DNA of 64,000 nucleotides, taken from NCBI GenBank assembly GCA_951406725.2, contig OX597814.1:208940001-209004000 (forward strand), in the 5' to 3' direction. This DNA is from Octopus vulgaris (lineage: Eukaryota). Made by a program: the position numbers and the translations under genes. Below the pieces are notes generated by a model that had not been told where the DNA came from, searched no databases, and worked only from the letters and a program-made list of their open reading frames with translations. This document shows, piece after piece, positions 13,330 through 26,486 of this stretch (position 1 is its first letter; each line of letters starts with the position of its first letter).

Positions 13330-14683
13330 TTCACTCATGTTTTCCTTATTATATTTAATGATCTCCTTTTCATTCTAATTATTTTTCTAGACTCATTAAG
13401 ATTAGTTTGTAATAATTCTCTAGTAGTGTCGGGCCCTTTCCTCCCTGTGTGCACAGTCAATATATTCTGTCTGTATTAGCTATAGAGTATTTGATTTAAG
13501 AATGATGTGAAAAGTTTTCTTGCTTACTATCTAGACTCTTCAGTTCATTTAACTTCCAGATTATTACATCAGTGCTGTATTTTATGATTGGAATAACTAA
13601 TGTATTTATTATACTGATTATCTTATTTCTGACATAGAATTTTGATTTTAAAATTAGAATGACTCACCAATAGTATTAAAAATTGTTTTTCCTTGATTTT
13701 TGTACGTTATATCTTATCAGTTTCATCTACTCCTTAATATTAGCATTAATGGTTATGTTCTAATTCACTGATTTCGGTATCTAAATTGAACTTGATCTTT
13801 TGACTTTTAGTTAATTTTTTCCTTCTTCTTAGATTAGTTTTAGTACACTTGTCCTGTCTTACTCCCATTTTTTGTATCACTGCTGAATCAATGTATAGTT
13901 CTTAATAAGTTCTGCAGCTGATGAGGAATCTATTAAATCATCCATATCAAATCATTGGTGATTTGATTCAACAGATTAGTTAAGAGTCAGAGCTAGACAG
14001 ACTAGTAGTGGGGACAGTGAGTCTCCTTGGAAAATTCCTCTCTTTTGTGATAGCAATAATTTTTATCATCTTTTTTATATCTTGCAGTGTTATTGATGTC
14101 TTGTATTTTCATATATTGTTGTTGATACACTGTGGGGCTGTTTTGTTTTAAGTGCATTGTCTTCAATATTCAGGATTATGCTATGTTGTTGAGGGCTTTT
14201 TATGTTTTTGTTATCAAACCATGCTTGAATTTCTGTTTCTTTTTGTCATATTCAACAACTGCTGTGTTTATCAATACAGTTATTGATAAATATAGCAAGT
14301 TAAAGTATGTCATGTAGATATATATATAATATTTGGATGAAATTTCCGTAAATGATACAGAACAATGGTAGAACCGATAGACAGATAACCATGGTGGAAA
14401 TGTAAAGAAATCAAAGAAGCAGTATATATAACAGCCTTCTAGAAACCTGATCAGTAACCATAGTGCTAATACCAAATTAGTGATGGAAAAAAAAAAATTA
14501 TATTACCAATATAGGCGCAGGAGTGGCTGTGTGGTAAGTAGCTTGTTTACCAACCACATGGTTCCGGGTTCAGTCCCACTGCGTGGCATCTTGGGCAAGT
14601 GTCTTCTACAATAGCCTCGGGCCGACCAAAGCCTTGTGAGTGGATTTGGTAGACGGAAACTGAAAGAAGCCCGTTGTACATAT

Positions 14684-14733
<50 letters not shown>

Positions 14734-15520
14734 GTGTGTGTTTGTGTCTGTGTTTGTCCCCCTAGCATTGCTTGACAGCCGATGCTGGTGTGTTTATGTC
14801 CCCGTCACTTAGCGGTTCGGCAAAAAGAGACCGATAGAATAAGTACTGGGCTTACAAAGAATAAGTCCCGGGGTCAAGTTGCTCGATTAAAGGCGGTGCT
14901 CCAGCATGGCCGCAGTCAAATGACTGAAACAAGTAAAAGAGTAAAAGAATACAAGATATCATGTATGTTGTTTCTGTTCCTTAGTTAGAACATTATTATC
15001 TTATAGGTAAACATCCAGCCTATTGTAGAATATAAAATGTCAGGAACTTTATATATATTGTTGGTCTTGTATTATTATTTTTGAAGATTAGTATTATTAT
15101 CCCCTCTAGTCACCGTTTAGATGTTGATTCTAATCTTTGTCATAACTCATAGAATTCTGTTGCTATAATAAATTCATGGTTACTGGTACTCTAAACTAGA
15201 AATGCAAGTATTTATCAATTTAGCAAGTCTTCCAGTTGCTGGTCACCTTGATTATATTAGTAAATTCCTCTGATAATAATTTCCCTTGCCATACTTGTGA
15301 TGTTACTGGAATAATTCCCCCCCCCTCCTTTCGCCAGTTGTATTCTTGTTGCATAATTTTGGTTTCCTGTCCTCTCTCTCTGTATGATTCAATTTTTCTC
15401 GTTATTGGTGAAGTTTTCTTTTTTCCATTGATGTCTTTGTAGAATTACCAACCACAATTATTTCAAATAAGTGATTCCGATGGAAGAAGTCCTCTAATTT
15501 TCAGCTTTCAAAATTATTTT
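13330..15520 (-). pseudogene. Decayed R4/Dong-like non-LTR retrotransposon ORF, interrupted by a SINE
   Basis: Collinear minus-strand motifs: LEGIIILIFK (~15090), LINTAVVEYDKKK...KAL (~14250), KRGIFQGDSLSPLLVCLA (13991-14044), DMDDL (~13940), VIPIIKYS...LKSLDSK...TDRIY...GGKG (~13430-13600). Confidence 0.8.
14513..14948 (+). mobile_element. SINE family A, full length
   Basis: Family match. Confidence 0.9.
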
Positions 15521-15742
15521 TAACATGATCAGATGTTTACATTTTTTCCGTTTCTTTCTTTTTCTTAATTTTGTATTTTCTTAATATTTGCTTTGTTCTT
15601 TTTTTTTATTATTATTAATTCTTAATATGAGACTATGTCCTTCTTATTTTATATGAGGCAACCTCTTTTTTGTTTCATGATGATGATGATGATGTAGATA
15701 AGGGTAGGCCTTTCCTACTTTTGTTCATCTATTGTATCTCTA

Positions 15743-15777
<35 letters not shown>

Positions 15778-15931
15778 ATCTATCTATCTATCTATCTATA
15801 TATATATATATCTATATATATATTATATATATATATATATATATACACCATCCGAGCGTGCTAGCATGGAAAGCGGACGTTAAATGATGATGATGATGAT
15901 GATGATATATATATATATATGTATATATATA

Positions 15932-16337
15932 TACTCTTTACTCTTTTTACTCTTTTATTAGTTTCAGTCATTTGACTGCGGCCATGCTGGAGCACTGCCT
16001 TTAATCAAGCAACTCAACCCCGGGACTTATTCTTTTGTAAGCCCAGTACTTATTCTATCGGTCTCTTTTGCCAAACCGCTAAGTAACGGGGACATAAACA
16101 CACCAGCATCGGTTGTCAAGCAATGCTAGGGGGACAAACGCAGACACACAAACACACACATGCATATATATATATACATACATACGACGGGCTTCTTTCA
16201 GTTTCCGTCTACCAAATCCACTCACAAGGCTTTTGTCGGCCCGAGGCTATAGTAGAAGACACTTGCCCAAGGTGCCACGCAGTGGGACTGAACCCGGAAC
16301 CATGTGGTTGGTAAACAAGCTACTTACCACACAGCCA

Positions 16338-16340
<3 letters not shown>
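15932..16340 (-). mobile_element. SINE family A
   Basis: Family match. Confidence 0.9.
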
Positions 16341-16374
<34 letters not shown>

Positions 16375-16414
16375 CTCTATCTATCTATCTATATATATAT
16401 ATATATATATATAT

Positions 16415-16548
16415 GTTAAGTTAAGTTAAGTTAATTTTTTGGCTCAAAAAGCAAAAAGCAAGGCCATGTAGGGGGACATGGAGTTATGTACAGGGATGGT
16501 GTTCATGCAAAGAGATCAGGCCATTTCTGGTCAAGAGAGACTTTGAAC
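16415..16548 (-). mobile_element. 3' end of a CR1/L2-like LINE with (CTTAA)n tail
   Basis: Minus translation FKVSLDQKWPDLFA* followed by a short UTR and pentamer tail. Confidence 0.55.
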
Positions 16549-16627
16549 CAATCCTTTTCTTTGTATTTCTTTTAAGGGTTTCTGTGGGGTAGGTAATATA
16601 CTCTGTTAGGCTTGAACTTATTTTTCC

Positions 16628-16703
<76 letters not shown>

Positions 16704-17342
16704 GAATATATTAGATTATTTAATGTATAGATGCTTGTATATGCTTCTGAAATAAAAAAAAAAGTTAAGTCAAGTACAACCAGGCCTTCCAAGTTTTTTT
16801 TCTTCAGAAGCATATACAAGTATCCATACATTAAATAACCTAATATACTACATAATATATGGTAGAGACACTGTATATTTGATGACACTGTATATTTGGG
16901 GACTATTTAAGCAATGTGTTAATGGATGGTTAATTGGTAGGATGTGGTACCGAAGAAAGAGGAAAAACTCTTAAGATATGCATATACACCCATTTTCCTA
17001 TTTCTCTATCTTTTATCGTATTGTTTACATAAATGTATTCATGTACAAAATATCATATAATTTCTATAGAAAATATGTAGAGATGATTTTAAAAAGTGAT
17101 TGAATAGCACTGGTAATACAGATAGGACACATCATTGACTTTAATATACTTGGTAATATATTATGGTTTCATAATGAAATACAGTGTCTCTACCATTTTA
17201 TTATAATAATATGCAGCCATATTATACTACCACGCGTATTAAAGGCTTATAAATTAGTACTTTGTTACAGGTCAATACCATGTTAGCAATGCTATTCAGT
17301 CACTATTCACTACTGGCTCTAGTTTTTATAGAAAATCTGGAG

Positions 17343-17508
17343 AGGCGTAGGAGTGGCTGTGTGGTAAGTAGCTTGCTTACTGACAACATAGTTCCAGGTT
17401 CAGTCCCACTGCTTGGCACCTTGGGCAAGTGTCTTCTACTATAGCCTTGGGCTGACCAAAGCCTTGTGAGTGGATTTGGTAGATGGAAACTGAAAGAAGC
17501 CTGTCGTA

Positions 17509-17573
<65 letters not shown>

Positions 17574-17790
17574 TTGTGTGTCTGTGTTTGTCCCCCCAAC
17601 ATCGCTACACAACTGATGCTGGTGTGTTTATGTCCCCGTAAATTAGCTGTTTGGCAAAAGAGCCCGATAGAACAAGTACTAGGCTTACAAAGAATAAGTC
17701 CTGGGGTCGATTTGCTCGACTAAAGGCGGTGCTCCAGCATGGCTGCAGTCAAATGACTGAAACAAGTAAGGGAGTAAAAGAGTAAAAGAG
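17343..17790 (+). mobile_element. SINE family A
   Basis: Family match. Confidence 0.9.
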
Positions 17791-18452
17791 AAGTAGCTTT
17801 AAAAAGTGATTGAATTGTACTGCTAATACAAGTAGGACATAGCGTTAACTTATGAGCTTTTGATATACTTGGTTCTATGTTATTGCTGAATAATGAAATA
17901 AGGTGTCCCTACCAGCAATTAATATGTACATACCAGTTGCCATGCCAATGTGTTTCATGTGTAAAATTGGTACATTCAGTTGCATTAGAGTGCTCAATTT
18001 GGTGGTGCTGAAGAAGAAGAAGCAAGAACTCTTGGATTATGCACATACATCTATTACCTGTTTTTCTGTCTATGAATCACATTGTTTACGTAGGTGTATT
18101 TGCATATGAAATGTAATTTTCAGTGCTGGCTCTAGTTTCTATTGAAAACTTGTAGACATAACTTTGAAGTTATTTCTTATGAAGTTTTTTATGCTTAGAT
18201 GGGGAATTGATGATCCATAATTTTTGATCTTATTATGATAACTTCTCCAATTTTCCCTCATTGCTGACACTGTTTGATTTGTGAAAGGCTGTGTTTTTTT
18301 TTGTTATTGTATGTGGATATTTGAATGGTGGTTCTTCTCAAGGGGTTTTATATAGTCAACTTCCTCATCTTAATTTTTTATTTCTCCTCACTATTTATTT
18401 ATGTTTTAATGTGAGAGACGGTCGCTTGTCCTTTTAATATGAAGTTGGTTTT

Positions 18453-18591
18453 ATTTACATTTTTTACATTAGATGGAAGAAGGCTGGAAGGTATATCAGC
18501 TGAAATGTTGTGTTAACAACAAACAAGATGAGGACAAATATCCGTCAAATGTAAATAGTGTACATAATTCCTCATCTCTTAAATATAGAAC
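18453..18591 (+). mobile_element. Short PLE-like terminus with HHR-like motif and 13-bp TSD
   Basis: TSD TGAAGTTGGTTTT at 18440 and 18592; 5' ATTTACATTT inverted to AAATGTAAAT, then ~35-nt tail; GGAAGA-A-GGCTGG...TCAGCT-GAAA-TG-TT. Confidence 0.65.
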
Positions 18592-20569
18592 TGAAGTTGG
18601 TTTTGTCATGTTCTTCTATTGCATTTTTTTTTGGAGTATTGTTAATCCACTATATGTGGGTGGTCATTTCATTTCCCTTTTACTGTTGTCTTTGTATGAT
18701 GATGAATTGACAAAGTTTTGTAGAGAATACTTTGCAGTATTTGTTCCAGCTATTTGAAATCTGATTTCAAATCCTCCTGAGATCAACCTTACCTTTCAAC
18801 CTTTTGTGACTGATGAAAAATGTACTGATTCTGTGGGATTGATGAATAGAGCTGTTAAAAGTTTGGGGAAAATGCCTTGCCTTTCAATATCTGTTCTGGT
18901 TCTTTGTGTGTTCTGATAGCGGCACCTGCAAAAACACTAGTATCAAACTGCATGTTGGTAGCCTTTCCCTTATATAAACATTGATAGTGTGAAGATGAGA
19001 GGAGATATCCACGTATATAGACAACTGTCAGTCTTTGTTAGTGTTAAGCAAAAATCTTGTCCAAGTATGGTCAACCTTGAGCAACAGAACCCCTGTATTT
19101 TCTTTCCATTGCCAAACTTCATATGTTGTTGTTGTTGTTGAACTCCAGGCTAGCCCTGATTATGTAGACATGTAATGAAAGGCAATCCCTTAAATCTCAT
19201 CTTGTTTACACGAATAACACATGTTGGACTACATTATGTAATATATACCTCTTTCTTTTAGGATGGTATAGTGTGATGTGAGGGATATTTGGTTGCTATT
19301 TCTAGCAGTTTGAGGAACCACATAAAAGCTCCCTTATTGGCTTGTGATGGTTCATAAATTTTGTGTGCACTGGGTTTACTTGTGCTGCTTTCATTGGCTT
19401 CAGGAGAAATTATCTTTTCTTTTTTTTTTTAGATGGTAGTCATTTCTTTTATATATGTTTCTCCATTGTGTATACTTAAATAGAAATGCTTCTATTTCTG
19501 AAATCTTTTTTTTGTGTGTGTTTCCTATAAATTCTTATACATTTGCTAATGTATTTCAGTTTAGTTATCGTCTTACCTCTCCGTTTGTTCTTCTCCAAGA
19601 TTTTTATGCGTTTCTTTTATGGTGCTAGTATATGCTGATGTAGTATGGTCGTGCCATGTACTCATAACACCTTCTTGCTATTGTTCTTTACTTCACCATT
19701 CTCTTGTAGCTTTCATTGTATTTGATAGTTGTGTTAGAGGGATTAATCTGACCGACCTGATGATCGTGTCAATGCAAAAATAGTGGGCTCACATTAAATG
19801 CACAATAGTGTTTCCCATAAGCCATAGGACCATCAAGTTTTGTTTTGATTGTCTGTTTGTGTGGTTGGTCATGGTTACTGCTTTGCTGAGTGTTCGTTTC
19901 GTTTTGTCTTAGCTTGGTAAATTTTCTTTTGTCTTATGATTTCTAATGAGTTCTTATGCTCCTACATCGTTAGATTTTATTCACTGTCGAACCAAAGAAG
20001 GCATAAAATGAATAATTGCCTATTTTGTTTAGCCCAAGGTTATCGTTGATCTAGCAAGCCTATGGTCTAAGACATTCTAACATTACCCATTCTGCCTTTT
20101 TTTTTTTTTCAGACATAGATTATAGTCATATAGGATCTAATAATCTCATGTGCCTTTTATTTTACAGACAGTATCTTGTACGTAAAGTGTACTAGCCATC
20201 TGAATGTGGCTAGCCACTGGGGGTGGGTGTTACTGAAGCTTTTAGCCCCAGGAGATCGTCGTCTCCAGCTGGCTTTAGACACATTTTCTGTGCCCTTCTG
20301 ATATTTGCAAAGGGAGGTCATCCTCTCTCGAAAACCTAAGTGATACATACGGACTATAGTTTCGAGGTTTTTGCGGCTGTTGTTTCTAATGGGTTGAATG
20401 ACTATGTAAAAACTCCCTAATCAGTAATAACTGCCTTAATGACATCACTATTTTCTTGTGGCAATGATATTGAAATTTCTTCTTTTCATGCAGTGCCAAG
20501 GGGGCAGCATCCTGAAAAAGTTTGGGAACCACTACACTAGACTATAGGCTGTTGTTTCTCTGTCAAAGG

Positions 20570-20835
20570 CCAGATTTAGATCAACAGGTGCTATGTAGAG
20601 TCTTACTTTCAGCTAAAAACTTCTTTAGCTGTTGTTTCAGCAGTATCCTAACCAAGCATAAATCATCTACATCTCATCTAAGTGGATTCTCTATCTATCA
20701 GTTTTGCTAAGACTTTTTGTCATTTTTATAACATGGTTTATCAGCCTGGTACCTCTGTAGTGGATTCTTTGTAGAACACTTCCTTTGCCTTTGTAGCACT
20801 TGATCATATGGCAATGCTAGTCATTCACTGGGCAT
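20570..20835 (-). pseudogene. Old RTE RT fragment
   Basis: Minus translation KCYKGKGSVLQRIHYRGTRLINHVIKMT...HLDEM resembles RTE xYKGKGD...NYRGxKL...LDEMQFGF. Confidence 0.7.
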
Positions 20836-20924
20836 GACACCTCTCTCTCTCTCTGTTACTTGGCTGACTGTGTGTGTGACTTTCTTGAGCCCTCTTTTAC
20901 CAAATATTTTCAATCTCGGCTAAC

Positions 20925-21239
20925 TGGCTTCTGTGCTGGTGACACGTAAAAGGCACCATTCGAGTGTGATTGTTACCAGCGTCGCCTTACTGACACCTGT
21001 GCTGGTGGCATGTGTAAAAAGATTTGAGCGAGGTCGTTGCCAGTACCGCCTGACTGGCCCCCGTGCCGGTGGCATGTAAAAGCACCCACTACACTCTTGG
21101 AGTGGTTGGCGTTAGGAAGGGCATCCAGCTGTAGAAACTCTGCCAGATCAAGATTGGAGCCTGGTGCAGCCATCTGGTTCGCCAGCCCCAGTCAAATTGT
21201 CCAACCCATGCTAGCATGGAAAGTGGACGTTAAATGATG
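20925..21239 (+). mobile_element. RTE 3'-UTR fragment
   Basis: Similar to reverse complement of 29090-29370. Confidence 0.8.
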
Positions 21240-21439
21240 GACTAGCTGTTTTGCCTATTTTCATATCCATTATGGCTGTTTTGACCATATAACAGTCTAC
21301 CTCAGTAACCGGTCCCTCTGCAATGCCGGGTCATAGTGCTAGTGCAGCGCTGGGTCATAGTGCTAGTGCATGCATATACAGCTGTGTGCGTGTGCACATA
21401 CGCACAAGTACTGTCCAAATCTCCAACTAATCACATACA

Positions 21440-21656
21440 GCTAGCTGGCATTCAATTGGCGTATCAAGTTTCGGGCATTTTGATTGAGTTTTAGATATAA
21501 AATTCACAAAAAAGTCACTTCTATTTATTTCTTAATGGCTTTGCGGGGTGACTGGCAAAATGTAAAAATGTGCACGACCACCCTTGGACAGTTTTGAATG
21601 ACCATAGAAAGTGCGAGCCCTCTAACTGAAAAATTGTGGATTTGTATAAAGGACGT

Positions 21657-21692
<36 letters not shown>

Positions 21693-21715
21693 TTTGCCAT
21701 TTATATATATAGAGA
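21440..21715 (-). mobile_element. Helitron-like fragment (5' part)
   Basis: Minus strand begins TCTCTATATATATAAA...TGTGTG, like the 5' ends of the other Helitrons here. Confidence 0.45.
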
Positions 21716-21931
21716 TGAGTGTGTGTGTTTGTGTCTTTGTTTATCCCCTACCACTGCTTGACAACTGATATTGGTGTGTTTACGTCCCTGTAACTTAGCA
21801 GTTGGCCAAAAAAAAATGGAATAAGTACTAGGCTTAACAAAAAATAAATACTGAAGTTGATTCATTTCACTAAAGATTCTTCTAGGCAGTGCCCCTGCAT
21901 GGCCAATGTCTAATGACAGAAACAAGTAAAA

Positions 21932-22306
21932 GACAAGAGCACTCTGAGTGCACAAACCCCTGCCAAGGTAACACCAAAGTCCTGTCAACGATTAGCCGGA
22001 GATGATTTTTAAAATGAAAATATCTGAAATAAACTTGACTGCTCTCACAAACGAGAATACTAGAAATGAACTTGACTGCTCTCAAAAATTAAGTAAAAAA
22101 AAAAACAGGAAAAATATTCCAGAATCCTTGTCTGGTACCGGACTGATCCCCAAATCTAATCCAGTTCATGCCAGTCACAAGGCCAAACATCCCTGAAAGT
22201 TTCATTCGAATCCATCCAGTGGTTCCTGAGAAATCTTGTCCACAGACAAACAAACAAACAAACACAACTGAAAACAATACCTCCGCCTTCGCTAAGGCAG
22301 AGGTAA
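21932..22306 (-). mobile_element. Non-autonomous Helentron (HINE/DINE-like)
   Basis: Minus strand begins TTTTTACCTCTGCCTTAGCGAAGGCGGAGGT (subterminal IR), then (GTTT)n; ends CCTTGGCAGGGG...GCACTCAGAGTGC hairpin. Confidence 0.7.
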
Positions 22307-22811
22307 AAAAGATAAAAGATGTCGCTGTATATTCTACTTTCACAATGCTTTTCTATATGAGTGTTGGTGCAGTTTAGAGTCTGGATGTGTTGGATTGACA
22401 GTTAACAAAAATTGTGTGCAACAATGGGAAAATAATTTTAGTTAGGATTTTCTGATGGTGTCTCCACTGAAGGCCTTTGAAGGAAACAGCAGAGTTCTCT
22501 TATGGCACACAAACACTTTATATTTTGCGATCTTTGATCTGACTTTTGCTGATGCATACCACTTTTTGTTCATATGAATATTTTCTTTTTTATCTACCCA
22601 AGTTATAATTTACTAAGCACAAGATCTCTGTCTGTCTGAAGCAAAATTCTTACTTGCATGTAAATATACTAGCTATTATCTCAAACTTTCTCTTGATATG
22701 ACATAAGCTATTGAAGTCGCAGACACATACACAGTGGAAATAATGTCAATCTGCTTATTACTGATCATTGCTATGTGTGTGTTCAGTGACTTTCTCCCCC
22801 TCTCTCTCTAT

Positions 22812-22849
<38 letters not shown>

Positions 22850-23211
22850 AGAGAGAGAAAGAAAGAGAGTAAGTAAAGCAGTGACTAATGCTTGCTTTGT
22901 TGTTTACTGTGATTACTCCATAAATTTTATAATCCATTCTAAAGAAAAGTTGGTCACAGATTAAAAAATATTCTTTAATACTTTCCTTTAATAACCTAGC
23001 AATTCTCTACTACATTAAAGAATTGAACTTAATGCACCAACTAATCAAGCTAGTTTTGGAATTGAGTAGAGAGGATACAGGTGGTTATGTCTGAAATTCT
23101 CCCATATCTCAATGGCAGTGTGGTTGGGTATCCCAACACTCTAATTAGGGTGGTAACTGTATAACTTGGCACCCCAGTTCAAAGTTCAGTCACCAAAGGA
23201 GTTACTGAAGT

Positions 23212-23460
23212 ATGAAACAAACTGCCGGCATCAGTTGTTAGTTGTCGGAGCACTGCATCCTTCAAAACTTCCATGCTTCCTGAGATTCGCCAACACTACA
23301 CCTGATTTTCTCCCCTCCATTCACACGCAAGCATGTATCTGACTCATACACTGTTCACTTCCCAGACATTTGTATATTACTGCATATGCTTTATACACAC
23401 TTTTGACAAGTTGTGGTGCACCTGAGCACTGTATACAACAATTTCATTATTATTATTATT
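23212..23460 (+). mobile_element. 3' end of a CR1/L2-like LINE with (ATT)n tail
   Basis: Translation KLPASVVSCRSTASFKTSMLPEIRQHYT* fits the (W)N.LP..VV...S...FK C-terminal motif. Confidence 0.7.
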
Positions 23461-23492
23461 TATTATCATCATCATCATCATCATCATTATTA

Positions 23493-23527
<35 letters not shown>

Positions 23528-24310
23528 ATTGGTAGTTGCTTATCACATTAGTAATTACACGTATGTATGCATACACGCTCTGATATTCCAAACATTTTGC
23601 TGTGTATGATGAGGTGGGAGTCCCGTAGGGTGGGTGGCACCCCAGTTCAAAAGTTCCATAGCACAAGGAATACACCACAATAGCTTGCACATCACTTCAG
23701 TAACTCCACGCATGCATACGTACACAATCCGATGTTCCAGATATTTTTGTTGTCGATGCATTAAAAACTTTTTGCTAATCAGTTAAGATTTAATAATGTT
23801 TACAACCAGAGCTGTGTTCACCAGATACTCTGTTTCCCATTATCTCATATAATCTGAAGAAACATTTCACCCAATATCAATAAAAAGTTAATGAATGAAA
23901 ACAAGAAAATTTATTTCCATTCTCTGTTTCTCTCTACGTGGTCATTATTTGAATGTATTTTGCACTAATAACTATTATAGATAGACACCGATGCCTAAAA
24001 GAAAATGTTTTGCCATGTAACTATGTGAGCGAATGTCTATAACTTGTAATTCGCTCAACAATAAATAGTACTATGCAGTGTAATTAATATCTGAATAATT
24101 TGCAAAAGAAAGCAACATTTTCATTTTTTTCTTTGAAAACCAAAATACTCTCTAGTTTGCCAGGACTTCCTGAGATTCAGCAATATCTAAGATACCAAAG
24201 TAATCAATGAAGCAAATGGAATAAAAACAGTTACGTAACACAAAAAAGCATTTTGGTGGTTAGAAATGTTACATAAGGAGAATAATGGTATTGATGCTGT
24301 AAGATGTGTA

Positions 24311-25085
24311 AGGCGGCAAGCTGGCAGAAACGTTAGCACGCTGGGCGAAATGCTTAGCAGTATTTCGTCTGCCGCTACATTCTGAGTTCAAATTCCGTCG
24401 AGGTCGACTTTGCCTTTCATCCTTTCGGGGTCGATAAATTAAGTACCAGTTACGCACTGGGGTCGATATAATCGACTTGATCCATTTGTCTGTCCTTGTT
24501 TGTCCCCTCTGTGTTTAGCCCCTTGTGGGTAGTAAAGAAATAGGTATTTCATCTGCCGTTACGTTCTGAGTTCAAATTCCACCGAGGTCGACTTTGCCTT
24601 TCATCCTTTCGGGGTCGATAAATTAAGTACCAGTTACGCACTGAGGTCGATATAATCGACTTAATCCAATTGTCTGCCTTTGTTTGTCCTCCCTGTGTTT
24701 AGCCCCTTGTGGGTAGTAAAGAAATAGGTATTTCGTCTGCCGTTACGTTCTGAGTTCGAATTCCACCAAGGTCGACTTTGCCTTTCATCATATTAGGGTC
24801 GATAAATTAAGTAACAGTTACGCACTGGAGTCAATATAATTGACTTAATCCATTTGTCTGCCCTTGTTTGTCCTCTCTGTGTTTAGCCCCTTGTGGGTAG
24901 TTAAGAAATAGGTATTTCGTCTGCCGTTACGTTCTGAGTTCAAATTCCACCGAGGTCGACTTTGCCTTTCATTCTTTTGGGGGTCGATAAATTAAGTACC
25001 AGTTACGCACTGGGGTCGATATAATCGATTTAATCCGTTTGTCTGTCCCCTCTTTGTTTAGCCCCTTGTGGGTAATAAAGAAATA
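24311..25085 (+). mobile_element. SINE family B head-to-tail tetramer
   Basis: One full copy plus three ~185-bp head-truncated units; 21-bp TSD GGTATTGATGCTGTAAGATGT at 24287 and 25086. Confidence 0.9.
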
Positions 25086-25118
25086 GGTATTGATGCTGTA
25101 AGATGTTAGGTATAATTC

Positions 25119-25343
25119 TTATTTCTTTATTGCCCACAAGGGGCTAAACATAGAGGGGACAAACAAGGACAGACAAGGTGATTAAGTCGACTACATCGAC
25201 CCCAGTACATAACTGATATTTAATTTATCGACCTCGAAAGGATGAAAGGCAAAGTCGACCTCGGCGGAATTTGAACTCAGAACGTAACGGCAGACAAATT
25301 ACCGCTAAGCACTTTACCCGGCATACTAATGTTTCTGCCAGCT
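25119..25343 (-). mobile_element. SINE family B
   Basis: Family match; TSD TGTTAGGTATAATTCT at 25104 and 25344. Confidence 0.9.
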
Positions 25344-26486
25344 TGTTAGGTATAATTCTGCTGTGTTAGTGATGTATTGGCTTGGTACTGTTGGATGATT
25401 AGGCATATACTAATTATTGTTGTTGTATAGTCATTGATTAGCTCTGAGCACACTTATTATAAAAGGCATCCTAGCATGACCATCACATCATTTTTGTGAG
25501 TATTATCTATCTAGGAACACAGATGAGGGCAGCTGCGTCAAACTCTCTCATGCACCAAATGGCAATTGCTAAAAAGCATTCGTGAAGTAAAATCATGTAG
25601 CAACACCAAATGGCGGTGCCCCAGCATGGCCACAGCTTGTGAGCTGAAACTAAAAAAAAAAAAAAAAAAAAATTACTTAGTTGGTTCTTTTTTAAAAATG
25701 GTAGTGTAATTTTAAAGAGATTTGGCTGCTATTTCTTGCGAGTTAAGTAGCCATGTAGTGTTATGGCTAGAGCAATTGCTGCTCTCATATCAAAGCGGTC
25801 TCTTTAATTTTCTCAGTTCTTGATTGATGTGTTTTTAGCTGATCAATGATGGGGTTTCTATGTGTGCGTGCGTGTCTGTGCGTGCGTGTCTGTGTGTGTG
25901 TGTGTGTGTGTAAGTAATTGTTAGCTCATGACTATAAGGTGGCTATTGGTATTTGTTGGCTCTTCTGGGAATATGTTGGTGTTTCTTTTATGCATTTGTT
26001 TTCAGATAGAATGGAGTTGATTGTAGCTAATAGTAGTAACAAAGTCTTGTTCTGTTGTGTAACTAGATTGCCTTCCACCCCGCATACACATGTATACACA
26101 TGTATGTGTGTGTGTGCACAATTGCGCGTGTGTGTAAAGAGTCTTTGCTGCTGTGAACTGTTCTGTTTGTGATGGTTTATTTTTTTTTACTCTAATTGTT
26201 TTACTACTTTTAGTCATTGGACTATATAGCTTTACTGGCTGACTCTCTTCAATTGCATCCACTCAGCGGCTATTTTATCAGTCTCAGATAATGAAAAACG
26301 AAATTGACTTAAGAGCAATTTGATCCCAGAATGTGAAGGAACGTAACCAAATACTACATGGTGTTTTATCCAATGTTCCACTGATTCTGACATATAACCG
26401 CTAATACTGATCTGTCTCGTTTATTATCGTTTGGTAGAGAAGAGGTGCAACAGGCAGGTAGGCGTAGATTTTACTTGGACCAATAT

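Noticed and set aside
13918-13990. CTGATGAG as a hammerhead core
   Set aside because: No downstream GAAA or stems; lies antisense to the R4-like RT near its MDD motif
14513-14590. tRNA genes at SINE heads
   Set aside because: A and B boxes are present but continue into SINE bodies without a full cloverleaf
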